From positions 8,911-72,910 of the forward strand of contig DATKHR010000065.1 in assembly GCA_035510155.1 (NCBI GenBank): a DNA stretch of 64,000 nt, in the 5' to 3' direction. Origin of the DNA: Vicinamibacterales bacterium. Its GTDB lineage: Bacteria; Acidobacteriota; Vicinamibacteria; Vicinamibacterales; CAVVIG01. Below the pieces are notes generated by a model that was not told where the DNA came from, made no database searches, and was given only the letters and a program-made list of their open reading frames with translations. Below, one piece after another: positions 1 to 9,347 of this stretch (positions are counted from its first letter, which is position 1; the number at the start of each line of letters is the position of its first letter). A program made the translations under genes and the position numbers.

Positions 1-1238
1 AATTGGCCTGCCGGCACCGCTTCGAGCGCCGACCGGTAGATCTCGCTCTCGTAAGCGGCGTAGTTCAGCGCGAGGCCGAGGAGCGCCGCGACGAACGCCG
101 GCAGCCGGATTGCCGACGCGAGACCGTAGTACAGCACGAAGAGCTGCAAAAGAATCGGCGTTCCCCGAATCAGCTCGACATAGCCGGTCAACGAGACCCG
201 CGCCATCCGGTTCCCGTATACCCGGCCCGTTGCGATGAGGACGCCGATCCCGACGGCGACGGCCATCGAAAGGCACGACAGCGTGATGGTCACGATCGAG
301 GCCTGAAGCAGCGACGGCAAATAACGTCTCGCCGCTTCCCATCGCGAGGTTGTCGCGACCGTGATGTCCATCGCGTCGGTATCAGGGACTTGCGCGCCGG
401 GGATTGACGGGTTCACTCCCACGACCGGCGGCACGGGCTCGCCAGCCAGCACGCGCGCGAAGAGTCTGGGCTGGTCGTCGTTCCAGACGTTCCATTTCCG
501 GAAGATACGCTCGAGCGTGCCGTCGCGCATGGCGTCGCGAAGGATGCCGTCGATGACGTCGCGCAGCGGGGCGTTGGCGGTCGAGAGCACGCCAATGTAG
601 TGTCCCACCGCAATGGATTGCGACTGGACGGTGAAGCCCGGCATCGTGTGATGCCACCGCTCTGCGAGCACGTTGTCGAGCAGCACGCCGTCCACGCGTC
701 CGACCAGCAGGTCGCTGAACGGATGCACATCGTCATCGTACGAGACCGCGTGGAGGCCTGTGGCGCGCTCCGCGCGGAGCAGGATCTCATAGGCGATGGT
801 TCCGCCGAGGGTGCCCACCGTCTTGCCGCGGAAGTCGCCGAGGGTCCTGAACTTCTGCGCGTCGGCGTCTCGAACGCTCAGCACCTCACGGAACTCGTAG
901 TACGGCAGCGTCGTTGAGGAAGCCGTGCGTCGCGCCACGGTATCCTCGATGCCGCTCAGCGCGATCTCGGCATCGCCGCGCGCGATCGACTGATCGAGCG
1001 ACGTGAACGTCACGTTGACGAACTCGGGCGTGCGCCCCAAGCGCCGGGCAATCAGTTCGGCAATCTCCACGTCCATGCCGACCACCCTGTCCGGACGGAC
1101 GGGATCGGCCTGCTCAAACGGCGCGCCGCCTTCGGCATCGCCGGCCCACCGGAAGACGGATTGCGCATCCGCAACGGCGGGAGCGCCCAGCGACGCACCA
1201 AGCAGAGCGACGGTGAATCTGTACGCGACGCTGAACAC
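1..1238 (-). CDS. polar amino-acid ABC transporter, fused periplasmic substrate-binding domain + permease (C-terminal part runs off the left edge)
   Basis: Absent from the ORF track because there is no stop inside the window. My minus-strand translation from GTG 1238 gives MFSVAYRFTVALLGASLGAPAVADAQ (signal-like). It continues with SBP type-3-like VVGMDVEIAELIARRLGRTPEFVNVTFTSLDQSIARGDAEIALSGI, then TM segments and the permease motif YVELIRGTPILLQLFVLYYGLA. The frame stays open to nt 3, and an in-frame TAA lies ~30 nt upstream of the GTG. Confidence 0.8.
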   Translation of the reverse strand, partial: MFSVAYRFTVALLGASLGAPAVADAQSVFRWAGDAEGGAPFEQADPVRPDRVVGMDVEIAELIARRLGRTPEFVNVTFTSLDQSIARGDAEIALSGIEDTVARRTASSTTLPYYEFREVLSVRDADAQKFRTLGDFRGKTVGTLGGTIAYEILLRAERATGLHAVSYDDDVHPFSDLLVGRVDGVLLDNVLAERWHHTMPGFTVQSQSIAVGHYIGVLSTANAPLRDVIDGILRDAMRDGTLERIFRKWNVWNDDQPRLFARVLAGEPVPPVVGVNPSIPGAQVPDTDAMDITVATTSRWEAARRYLPSLLQASIVTITLSCLSMAVAVGIGVLIATGRVYGNRMARVSLTGYVELIRGTPILLQLFVLYYGLASAIRLPAFVAALLGLALNYAAYESEIYRSALEAVPAGQ

Positions 1239-1267
1239 CGAGGTAGATTGTAGCGGGAGGCCTCTTT

Positions 1268-2704
1268 ATGGCGAATGCGGCGTTGCTTCGGACGGGGCTG
1301 CTCACGGCGGCGACGTTGGTGGTCGTGCCCGAGACCTCGCTCCCCGCCCAGGCGCCCAACCCGAACGCGCGCGCCGCTTTCGTCAAGTTCGACGCGCCGG
1401 TGATTGCGCTCGCGCATACGCGGGTCATCGACGGAACCGGCGCCCCCGCTCGCGAGAACCAGGTCATTGTGATCCGCGGAGGCAACATCGCCGCAGTCGG
1501 CAACGCGGCTTCGATTCAGATCCCGGCCGGCGCCGTGACGATCGATCTGGCCGGCCGCTCTGTCATGCCTGGCCTGGTGATGATGCACGAGCACCTGTAC
1601 TACACCACGGGGCCGGGCGTGTACGGGCAGCTCGGCCTCAGCTTCTCAAGGCTGTATCTCGCAGGCGGCGTCACCACGATCCGCACGGGCGGAAATACGA
1701 ACGGCATCATGGATATCAACCTTGCCCGCCGTATCGCGGCGGGCGAGCTGGCGGGCCCATCAATCGACGCAACCGCGCCTTACTTGAACGGCCCGAACAC
1801 ATTTCTTCAGATGCACACGGTCAAAACGCCTGACGAGGCGCGCCGGCACGTGGCCTACTGGTTGGGCCAGGGCGCTACCTCGGTCAAGGCGTACATGCAG
1901 ATCTCACGCGAGGCGTTGAAGGCAGGTATCGACGAAGCGCATCGGCGCGGCGCGAAAGTCACGGGCCATCTCTGCTCGGTGACCTACGGCGAGGCAGCCG
2001 ACCTTGGCATCGATAACCTCGAGCATGGCTTCTTCGCGGCGACGGACTTTGTCGACCAGAAACAACCCGACGTCTGTCCGGGACAGGCGCAGGGGCAGCA
2101 GGCCGTCGCGGCGCTCGATGAGCACGGCGCGCCATTTCAGGCGCTCCTCAAGAAGCTGATCGACCGCGGGGTTGCTCTGACTTCCACTCTGACGGTTTTC
2201 GAGACTCTGACCCGTGCGCGTCCCACGCCGCCGGGCCTCGACGTGCTCGCGCCTCAACTCCGCGACGCGTTCATGCGCGCCTACGACCGCGCGCAGCAGA
2301 ACCAGCAATCCGTGTACTCGACGCTCTTCGCGAAAGGTATGGCGCTCGAGCGAGCCTTCGCGAAGGCAGGCGGCGTCCTGCTGGCTGGGACCGACCCGAC
2401 AGGGTCAGGCGGCGTGGTGCCTGGCTTCGCGGACCAGCGTCAGCTCGAGCTGCTGGTCGAAGAGGGTTTTTCACCCGTCGAGGCGATTTCCATCGCGACG
2501 TTGAACGGCGCAAGATACCTTGGCCGCGATGCGCGGATCGGATCGATCGCGGCCGGGAAACAGGCCGATCTCGTGGTCGTGCTCGGCGATCCGACGAAGA
2601 CCATCGGCGACGTGCGGCGCGTCGAGACGGTCTTCAGGGAAGGGGTCGGCTACGACCCGCAGAAACTCGTCGATTCGGTGAAAGGCCAAGTCGGGATCTG
2701 GTAA
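1268..2704 (+). CDS. secreted amidohydrolase family protein
   Basis: 478-aa ORF with a signal-like N-terminus. Metal-binding motif PGLVMMHEHLYY and C-terminal GSIAAGKQADLVVV are typical of the amidohydrolase superfamily. SD GGGAGG lies upstream. Confidence 0.85.
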   Translation: MANAALLRTGLLTAATLVVVPETSLPAQAPNPNARAAFVKFDAPVIALAHTRVIDGTGAPARENQVIVIRGGNIAAVGNAASIQIPAGAVTIDLAGRSVMPGLVMMHEHLYYTTGPGVYGQLGLSFSRLYLAGGVTTIRTGGNTNGIMDINLARRIAAGELAGPSIDATAPYLNGPNTFLQMHTVKTPDEARRHVAYWLGQGATSVKAYMQISREALKAGIDEAHRRGAKVTGHLCSVTYGEAADLGIDNLEHGFFAATDFVDQKQPDVCPGQAQGQQAVAALDEHGAPFQALLKKLIDRGVALTSTLTVFETLTRARPTPPGLDVLAPQLRDAFMRAYDRAQQNQQSVYSTLFAKGMALERAFAKAGGVLLAGTDPTGSGGVVPGFADQRQLELLVEEGFSPVEAISIATLNGARYLGRDARIGSIAAGKQADLVVVLGDPTKTIGDVRRVETVFREGVGYDPQKLVDSVKGQVGIW

Positions 2705-2749
2705 AAACCTGACGTGGCAAATGGCTGACGGCTAAAGCTCGACAGTCCT

Positions 2750-3988
2750 TCAACGAGCGGCCCGAAGCGTCACCTTCTGGACGCGCCAGTTCGTGAGCTC
2801 GCCCACCAAGAGCTCGTTCTCGTTTCGGCAGTCGAGGGAGTTCACCATCCCGAACTCTTTTGGCAGCTTGCCCGCGCGGCCAAACTTGCCGATGATCCTC
2901 CCGTCGAGAGCGATTTTGTAAATCTCACCGTTGTCGAGCGTCTCCGGGTCGTTGGAGTTCGAGCTGTACAGGTATTGCGACGCGCCGGACGTGATGCAGA
3001 GCGCCGATGGGACGCCGACGTTCTGGATCTGTGATTTCAGGTTCCCGTCGCTGTCGAACACTTGAATGCGCTGATTGCCGGCGTCGGCGACGTAGAGGTT
3101 GCCCTGCGCGTCGATGACGATCCCCCGGATGCCATTGAACTGGCCGGGGTCGGAGCCGCGAGACCCCCACGACCTGATGAAGTGACCGTCCTTGTCGAAC
3201 TTGGCGATGCGGGCGTTGCCGGCCGTACGGCTCGCTCCGTCTGCGACGTAGATATTGCCCGCGCGGTCCCACGTCACGTCCGCCGTGCGATTGAAGCTAT
3301 CGCCGGGGATGCCTGACCCGGGCGGTCCCGGGATCCCAAAGCGGCCGCCACCCGTTTGAGCCGCCGGCGCGCCTGCGCCTGGGTTGGAGGGACCACGACC
3401 CTCGGGTGGAGGTCCGCCAGCGCCCCGGCCGTCGGGCTGAGCGCCGCGGCCTTCGGGTGGGACGCCTCCGCGCCCCTCGGGCGGTGCGCCGCCGCGTCCG
3501 GCGCCACCGGCGGTGGGACGGACGCTAATCGCCTCCGGTTTGCGGCTCAGGACGAGCTGGAGGCGGCCGTCGGGATCGAACTTCATGACGTTGCTGGAGC
3601 CTTGATCGACCAGCCACAGGTTGTCCTGCGGATCCACGCGGGCGGCCTGCGCGAAATTGAATCCGTACACGCCCTGGCCGATCTCGCGCACGAACCTGCC
3701 GCTCTGATCGAACTCGAACAGCCGCGAGCCGCCCTTATAGAAGGTGCGAGACGAGCCGACTGTTGCGCCGGGTGCGCCCGTTCGCGTGTAGACGAAGATG
3801 TGTCCCTTGGAGTTGCTCGCCACGCCGGCGACTTCGCCCAGGTACATGTTGTCCGGCAGCTTCAGAAGATCGACGGTCGCGTCAAACGGGATATCGGGAA
3901 CCGACTGGGCGACGAGCGACGCGCCGTACGCGAGCGCGGCGGACGCAACGAGTCCGTTCAGCGTGCGGGATGCGAGCGGAAGCTTCAT
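2750..3988 (-). CDS. NHL-repeat six-bladed beta-propeller protein (peptidylamidoglycolate-lyase-like), with Gly/Pro/Arg-rich insertion
   Basis: 412-aa ORF with a signal peptide and NHL-type blades (GHIFVYTR, NLWLVDQGSSNVMKFD, GNIYVADG..ARIAKFDKDG, GNLYVADAGNQRIQVFD). Clear paralogue of 4010..5089. Confidence 0.85.
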   Translation of the reverse strand: MKLPLASRTLNGLVASAALAYGASLVAQSVPDIPFDATVDLLKLPDNMYLGEVAGVASNSKGHIFVYTRTGAPGATVGSSRTFYKGGSRLFEFDQSGRFVREIGQGVYGFNFAQAARVDPQDNLWLVDQGSSNVMKFDPDGRLQLVLSRKPEAISVRPTAGGAGRGGAPPEGRGGVPPEGRGAQPDGRGAGGPPPEGRGPSNPGAGAPAAQTGGGRFGIPGPPGSGIPGDSFNRTADVTWDRAGNIYVADGASRTAGNARIAKFDKDGHFIRSWGSRGSDPGQFNGIRGIVIDAQGNLYVADAGNQRIQVFDSDGNLKSQIQNVGVPSALCITSGASQYLYSSNSNDPETLDNGEIYKIALDGRIIGKFGRAGKLPKEFGMVNSLDCRNENELLVGELTNWRVQKVTLRAAR

Positions 3989-4009
3989 GATCGGGCTCCT
4001 ACCGAGCCT

Positions 4010-5089
4010 TCAGTGCTCGGGGGCGACAGGGGCCCGGGATCGGGACCCGTCCGATGGCTTGGCCGTCTGCGGGCGCAGGAGGATCTTCTGCACGCGCCAA
4101 GCCGTGATCTCGGACACGAACAGCTCGTTGGGGTTGCGGCAGTCGATTTCATGGACCGTGCTGAATTCCTTCAGCGCTTTGCCGGCCTTGCCGAACCGCC
4201 CGACGATCGTGCCGTCAAGCTCCATCTTGTAGATTTCGCCCGTTTGTGCCGCGGCACGGGAATCGCCGTTGTCGGGCACGGAATTCGAGACAAAGAGGTA
4301 CTGATGCGGCGGGGGCGAGATGCACACCGCCCACGGGTTCCCCACCTGATCGTAGATGGCCTTCGCGTTCAGGTCGTTGTCCCAGACCTGTACGCGCGCG
4401 TTGCTACGGTCGCCGATGTACACGTTGCCCTGCGCGTCCATGGCCATTGTGTGCGGCAGGCGCAGCTGTCCGGGTCCCGTGCCCTGCGTGCCCGCCGACT
4501 TGATGAACCGGCCGTTCTTGTCGTACTTGACCACGCGGTTGTCGCCGTAGCCATCCGTCACGAAGATGTTGCCCTGCGCGTCCCAGCCGACATCTGTCGG
4601 ACGGTTGAATGAGTAGGGTCTGTTCGAATTGGGCGCCGAGCCCTGCCCCGTGAAGTTCGTCAGCTCCTCCACGGCCTCCGGCCGCCGGCCCAGCGTCATG
4701 GCGACGCGCCCCGCGGGGTTGAACTTGATGACCATGTTTGACCCTTCGTCGACGACCCACACGTTATCGTCCTTGTCGACGCGGACGGCGTGCGCGAAGA
4801 CCAGACCATAAAGGCCCTGGCCGACCTCGCGCACGAAGTTCCCGTTCTGATCGAACTCGAACAAACGTGTCTCACCTGAGCGCGTGTAGACGAAGACATG
4901 TCCCTTGGAGTTCGTCGCAACGCCGATGCCTTCGCCGAAGTAGATGTTCGCCGGCGTCTTGAAGAAGTTGGCGACCGAATCGTAGGGAATCTCGGGAACG
5001 TTCTGCGCTTTGGCCTTGCTCTGCGCGAATGACGGCGCCGATAGGCAGAGAAGCACGAATGCGATGAGGACCGGCCGACACCCGTTCAT
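4010..5089 (-). CDS. NHL-repeat six-bladed beta-propeller protein (paralogue of previous gene)
   Basis: 359-aa ORF with a signal peptide. It shares blocks with 2750..3988: VPEIPYD/VPDIPFD, TNSKGHVFVYTR/SNSKGHIFVYTR, LFEFDQNGNFVREVGQG/LFEFDQSGRFVREIGQG. Confidence 0.85.
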   Translation of the reverse strand: MNGCRPVLIAFVLLCLSAPSFAQSKAKAQNVPEIPYDSVANFFKTPANIYFGEGIGVATNSKGHVFVYTRSGETRLFEFDQNGNFVREVGQGLYGLVFAHAVRVDKDDNVWVVDEGSNMVIKFNPAGRVAMTLGRRPEAVEELTNFTGQGSAPNSNRPYSFNRPTDVGWDAQGNIFVTDGYGDNRVVKYDKNGRFIKSAGTQGTGPGQLRLPHTMAMDAQGNVYIGDRSNARVQVWDNDLNAKAIYDQVGNPWAVCISPPPHQYLFVSNSVPDNGDSRAAAQTGEIYKMELDGTIVGRFGKAGKALKEFSTVHEIDCRNPNELFVSEITAWRVQKILLRPQTAKPSDGSRSRAPVAPEH

Positions 5090-5117
5090 AGGACCTCCGC
5101 TTGCTGGCGCGAATCTA

Positions 5118-6200
5118 TCACGGCTCCTTGGGAAAGATCACCGGCAACACCGCGTCAGTCGTGTAAACGCAGCGGTCGTTGTGGCCGCACTCGGGCACAA
5201 TTTGAATCGCATGCCTGGCGCCGAGCTGCTCATTGACGTACTTGACGAAAGCCTCGCCGCGCGCGCGGCGTGTCGCGCCCTGTGCCATGGCCGGGCACGA
5301 TGAGTCGAAGCCGCCGAGCGGGAGCGTGTCCACCTGGCCAAGGAGGTAGGTCGTCGGTCGCGAGACGAGCTGCTTCTTCAACTGGTCGTCGGAAATCTTC
5401 GCGGTATAGCCGCCGGTGCGGTCCACGAACCCGGCCGGCCACCTGTCGTAGTTGGGGCACGCGCTCGCATCGAACGGTCCATACGAGAAGTCCGTGTGCG
5501 GCTTCTCGGTATTCCATGCCGTGGTGGCGCGGTCCGGCGCGGCGTCGCCGGTGGCCAGCGGACGGGTGGCGCTCGGCCACGCATAGCTCGACGGGTTGGC
5601 GACGACGTAACTCACGGGCGTGCCAACCGTGTCGTGGACGCGGTTCGTCATCTGATAGCGCGCCACGAACTGCCCGCCCGCCGAGTGGCCGGCGACGACA
5701 ATGGCCTTGAGGTTGGGGAAGGATTGCTTGTTCGCGAGCCTGCGCAGAATCTCGTCGACGAAGTCGAAGGACGAGAGTGCGGGGTGGCTCACGGCCGCGC
5801 CGCCCGAGCGCCAGCTATCGCCCGTGCAGCTCCAGCTGACCTCGTTCAGAGCGAGCGCGTCCTTGCAACTGCCGGCGTTCGACGCGATTCGTGGTGCAAT
5901 GACCACCGTGTCCTGGAGCGCGCCCGCCAGAAACGCGGCCGTGGCGGCCGTGGTGAAGTAGTGGTCGGCGTTCCGGTTGGTGCCGTGAACCATTACCAGC
6001 GCGCGGCGGATGTTCGCGTTCGTCCCGGCGAGTGGGTAGGTGCGGTAGATCAGCGAACGCGCAGGTCCGCCGCCGAGCGTCACCCACTCAGTGCAGGCGG
6101 ATACGGCGGTCACGCATGGCGGCTCGGGCGTCGCCGCCGAGCCGCGTGAGTTGGTCGAAGCGATGACAAGGGCGGTAAAGGCGACCAGAACGATTCGCAT
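5118..6200 (-). CDS. secreted alpha/beta hydrolase
   Basis: 360-aa ORF with a signal-like N-terminus, the nucleophile elbow GHSAGG and a C-terminal ECGHND (His of the triad). Confidence 0.7.
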   Translation of the reverse strand: MRIVLVAFTALVIASTNSRGSAATPEPPCVTAVSACTEWVTLGGGPARSLIYRTYPLAGTNANIRRALVMVHGTNRNADHYFTTAATAAFLAGALQDTVVIAPRIASNAGSCKDALALNEVSWSCTGDSWRSGGAAVSHPALSSFDFVDEILRRLANKQSFPNLKAIVVAGHSAGGQFVARYQMTNRVHDTVGTPVSYVVANPSSYAWPSATRPLATGDAAPDRATTAWNTEKPHTDFSYGPFDASACPNYDRWPAGFVDRTGGYTAKISDDQLKKQLVSRPTTYLLGQVDTLPLGGFDSSCPAMAQGATRRARGEAFVKYVNEQLGARHAIQIVPECGHNDRCVYTTDAVLPVIFPKEP

Positions 6201-6317
6201 GGAGCGCGATCCTATCGCACTGTTGGGCCCCCTTTTGCCCCAACGTGGCAGAGAGCTGCCACGGACTGCGCACGCGACGGCCCTGCTGAGCCCCCCCGAG
6301 GCAGGCGCCTCACCGCA

Positions 6318-8303
6318 TCAAGGAAGACCAAGGGCGACAAACTCGGCGCTGCGAGGTTCGGTGCTGCCGACCGCGACGAGCACGTATTGTCTGCCCTCGT
6401 ACATGTATGTCATCGGGGCGCCCGTCGTCCCGGCGGGCAGTTCGGTCTCCCACAGCATGCCGCCCGTTGCTTTGTCGTACGCGCGAAATTTCCTGCCGCC
6501 GGCGCCTGGAACGAGAGACGGCGGCATCTCTGGCCGAAGCCGCGAGCCGAGCGTCGCCATGATAGGGTCGCCCTCCCCGACAAAGAGCAGTGTCTTCGTT
6601 ACGAGGGGGGAGCTGCGGCCAGGATTGCCCAGCCATGGAAGATTCAGCGACTTCAGCAGCGGATGGTTTCTGGGCCCCTCGCCGTTCGGCACCATCCACA
6701 CCTGATCGCCCTTGTTGAGATCGATGGCGGTGATGCGACCGTACGGGGGCTTCAACAGCGGCAGCCCCTCCGGCCCCGGTGTCCAGGCGCGCGTGCCCGA
6801 CACGTATTTCAAGTTCGAGATCCTGGGGTCGCCCTTGACAATATCTGCCGTGAACGGGCCGGTGATCGACTGGACGTACAAGATGCCGGTTTCGGGATCG
6901 AATGCCCCGCTCTGCCAATCTGCGCCCCCCACGGAGCCCGGTAACTGGATCGTGCCCCGGATGCCGTCGGGACCGTCGCCTCGCACGGTGGGCGGTGTGA
7001 AGACGGGACCGATTCGATAATATTTGAGGAGCTTGACCGCTTGCGCGCGCAATTCTGGCGTGAAATCGATGAGATCGTCGATGGTGACGCCTTGGCGATC
7101 GAAAGGCGGCGGCTTGGTGGGGAACGGCTGGGTCTGTGCAGTGCGCTCACCCGGCGTTTCCGAACGCGGAACGGGCCGCTCCTCGATTGGCCAGACAGGC
7201 TTTCCGGTCGTGCGATCAAACACGAACGCGAACGCCTGTTTCGTGAGCTGCACGACCGCTTGAATCGGCCTCCCCTCGACGGTGATGTTGGCGAGGATCG
7301 GAGCCGCCGGCAGGTCGTAATCCCACAAATCGTGGTGGACAATTTGATAGTGCCACACTCGTTCGCCCGTGAGACAGCTGACGCAGACGAGCGTGTTTGC
7401 AAAAACGTTGTCGCCGAGCCGATGCCCGCCGTACATGTCGTTGGTCGGAGCCGTCATCGGCAAATACGCAAGTCCCTGCTCTTCGTCGGAGCTGACAACC
7501 GACCAGAGATTTGCCTCGCCGCTGTACGACCATGAATCCTTCTCCCACGTCTCGTTGCCTACTTCGCCCGGCTGCGGAATCGGATTGAACGTCCACCGCG
7601 GCTTGCCGGTGCGCACATCGAATGCCTGCACGACTCCCGGCGCGGCCTCCATGCGCATTGGCCGATCCGTCATCGATCCCCCGAGTCCGACGCCGACGAT
7701 GACGACATCGCGACACACGTGGGCCGCGCCGGTCCATGCATATTGAGTCGCGCGGGGCCCCAGACCGGGTCGCAAGTTGACGCGTCCCATGTCACCAAAG
7801 GCTGTGACGGGCTGTCCCGTGCGCGAGTCCAGCGCGATCAAGTACTCCCCGCGGACAAGGAAGAGACGTTGCTCAGTCCCGTCGGTCCAGTAGGTCACGC
7901 TGCGCGTACTGTCCCCGCGAAGCCCCTGCGCCTGCTCGTCGGGAAACGGTTCCTGAACCCACAGCGTCTTGCCCGTACCCGGATGGAACGCCTCGACCAG
8001 CCCGATACCGTTTGGGCTGTATAGAACACCGCCGACCATCAGAGGCGTAGCGCGGAAATTGTTGGAATAGGAGAAGTCGGGGGCTCTCGAGCTGAGACCG
8101 GAGTCGACCGCCGGGCGCCGCCACACCACGCGAAGCCGCGAGACGTTGTCCTTGTTGATTTGATCGAGCGGCGCGTACTTCGTGGCTCCAGAATCTCCGT
8201 TATATCGAGCCCATTCGCCTCCACGCGCGCCCTGTTGCGCAACTGCGACCGCAGTCCCCAGAACGATGGCAGCGCCGACCAGAGTCCATCGAGGAATCGT
8301 CAT
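6318..8303 (-). CDS. PQQ-dependent dehydrogenase (glucose/quinate/shikimate quinoprotein family), periplasmic
   Basis: Track ORF is 6318..8417. I trimmed the start to ATG 8303 (MTIPRWTLVGAAIVLGTAVAVAQQ signal peptide, SD GGGAGG upstream). Contains the HHDLWDYDLPAAP motif and W-rich propeller repeats. Confidence 0.85.
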   Translation of the reverse strand: MTIPRWTLVGAAIVLGTAVAVAQQGARGGEWARYNGDSGATKYAPLDQINKDNVSRLRVVWRRPAVDSGLSSRAPDFSYSNNFRATPLMVGGVLYSPNGIGLVEAFHPGTGKTLWVQEPFPDEQAQGLRGDSTRSVTYWTDGTEQRLFLVRGEYLIALDSRTGQPVTAFGDMGRVNLRPGLGPRATQYAWTGAAHVCRDVVIVGVGLGGSMTDRPMRMEAAPGVVQAFDVRTGKPRWTFNPIPQPGEVGNETWEKDSWSYSGEANLWSVVSSDEEQGLAYLPMTAPTNDMYGGHRLGDNVFANTLVCVSCLTGERVWHYQIVHHDLWDYDLPAAPILANITVEGRPIQAVVQLTKQAFAFVFDRTTGKPVWPIEERPVPRSETPGERTAQTQPFPTKPPPFDRQGVTIDDLIDFTPELRAQAVKLLKYYRIGPVFTPPTVRGDGPDGIRGTIQLPGSVGGADWQSGAFDPETGILYVQSITGPFTADIVKGDPRISNLKYVSGTRAWTPGPEGLPLLKPPYGRITAIDLNKGDQVWMVPNGEGPRNHPLLKSLNLPWLGNPGRSSPLVTKTLLFVGEGDPIMATLGSRLRPEMPPSLVPGAGGRKFRAYDKATGGMLWETELPAGTTGAPMTYMYEGRQYVLVAVGSTEPRSAEFVALGLP

Positions 8304-8447
8304 GAAAGCCTCCCGGCTTTGACTATTGCCCCCAATAGCGCGCCCATTGTAGGCCTCTGGCGGCGCAGGAAGTCGCCTCTGGTGCTGACAATTCTTGAAT
8401 CGCGAGGCTCGCACCATGCGGCATGACGCTCGAACGAGTGAAAGGAC

Positions 8448-8475
8448 TTGACAGCGAAGTTCCGCGTGGGATGAT
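8448..8475 (+). promoter_or_regulatory. sigma70-like promoter candidate for the cytochrome c gene
   Basis: TTGACA (8448-8453), a 16-nt spacer, then GATGAT (8470-8475), ~50 nt upstream of ATG 8529. Confidence 0.35.
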
Positions 8476-8528
8476 CCGCTGAGTTTTGGTGGAAGATCTC
8501 GGGGATTCTCACAAGGGGGAAGCAGGCC

Positions 8529-9272
8529 ATGACACTCATGCAGCTCGTCAAACCAGCGGGGGCGGTCGCTACAGTTGCGTTACTCTGTTTCGCGGGTCTG
8601 TCGGTCACGTCGCCTCGCGTGCGTGCCGAGACGAATTCGAGTGTACAACTCGGTTTTGACATCGCGCCTGTCAAGCTCAATTTGAACGGCTTAAACCCGG
8701 CCCTCGTGGGAAAGGGCAGCTACATCGTCAACGCGAAGGGCGACTGCAACGGCTGTCATGTCAGCCCCGACCTTTCCCCCGCAGACCAAAACGGCTTCGT
8801 TCCGGGCCGCGATCCGTACTTGTTACCCTTCACGCCCCCTGCGAAGGTCAATCCGGCCTCCTACCTGGGCGGCGGCGCGACGTTCGGCCCGTTTCCGGGC
8901 AAAGGGATCGGGGGGAACGGTCCGCTGGTTATCTACAGCCGAAATTTGACGCCCGGGTGCGACAAGGCTCCGTGTAACAACCCGCTTCCTGAAGGCGGCC
9001 ACACGCTCGAAGAGTTCCAGCGGATCATCAGGACCGGCCACGACTTTGATCAGGCGCACCCGGCGTGTTCGACTGGAACCTTAGGTGCGCAAGGTTGTAT
9101 CCTTTCTCCTCCCTTCAACGCCGATCTCCTTCAGGTCATGCCGTGGCCGACCTACGGCAATATGTCGGACGATGACATCCGTGCTATCTACGAATACCTG
9201 AGGGCAATTCCCTGCATCTCCCATAAGGGCACGGTCGGCCTTCCGGCCAACCTGTACCAGGTCTGTCCTTGA
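8529..9272 (+). CDS. exported mono-haem c-type cytochrome
   Basis: 247-aa ORF with a signal peptide and a single CxxCH (DCNGCHVSP). Confidence 0.7.
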   Translation: MTLMQLVKPAGAVATVALLCFAGLSVTSPRVRAETNSSVQLGFDIAPVKLNLNGLNPALVGKGSYIVNAKGDCNGCHVSPDLSPADQNGFVPGRDPYLLPFTPPAKVNPASYLGGGATFGPFPGKGIGGNGPLVIYSRNLTPGCDKAPCNNPLPEGGHTLEEFQRIIRTGHDFDQAHPACSTGTLGAQGCILSPPFNADLLQVMPWPTYGNMSDDDIRAIYEYLRAIPCISHKGTVGLPANLYQVCP

Positions 9273-9279
9273 GACGCGG

Positions 9280-9317
9280 TTACGGGCCGGCGCCAACTGT
9301 CTGACGCCGGCCCGTAA
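9280..9317 (+). terminator. hairpin terminator candidate
   Basis: Perfect 13-bp inverted repeat TTACGGGCCGGCG / CGCCGGCCCGTAA with a 12-nt loop, 8 nt after the cytochrome c stop. No T-tract follows. Confidence 0.5.
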
Positions 9318-9347
9318 GCAGCTGTACTGACCGGTTGAGGTGTCCAC

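Noticed and set aside
1003-1833. 276-aa plus-strand ORF bridging the ABC gene and the amidohydrolase gene
   Set aside because: Its first part is antisense to the ABC gene, and the rest is an alternative frame of the amidohydrolase. The translation is Arg/Pro-rich.
3356-4612. 418-aa plus-strand ORF spanning both NHL genes and their spacer
   Set aside because: It is antisense to two well-supported genes. The translation is Ala/Arg/Gly-rich with no motif, as expected for stop-poor antisense frames in high-GC DNA.
6245-6262. 7-bp hairpin GTGGCAG-AGAG-CTGCCAC after the PQQ dehydrogenase gene
   Set aside because: The stem is short with no T-tract on the relevant strand, so it is too weak to call a terminator.
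8487-8512. Gapped resemblance of TGGTGGAAGATCTCGGGGATTCTCAC to the tRNA-Leu 3' end (possible degenerate attR/attL for the 8.4-14.9 kb block)
   Set aside because: Only short words are shared (TGGTG, GAAG, CGGGGATT), separated by indels. An 8-mer match is expected by chance in 64 kb, so this is not adequate evidence for an att site.
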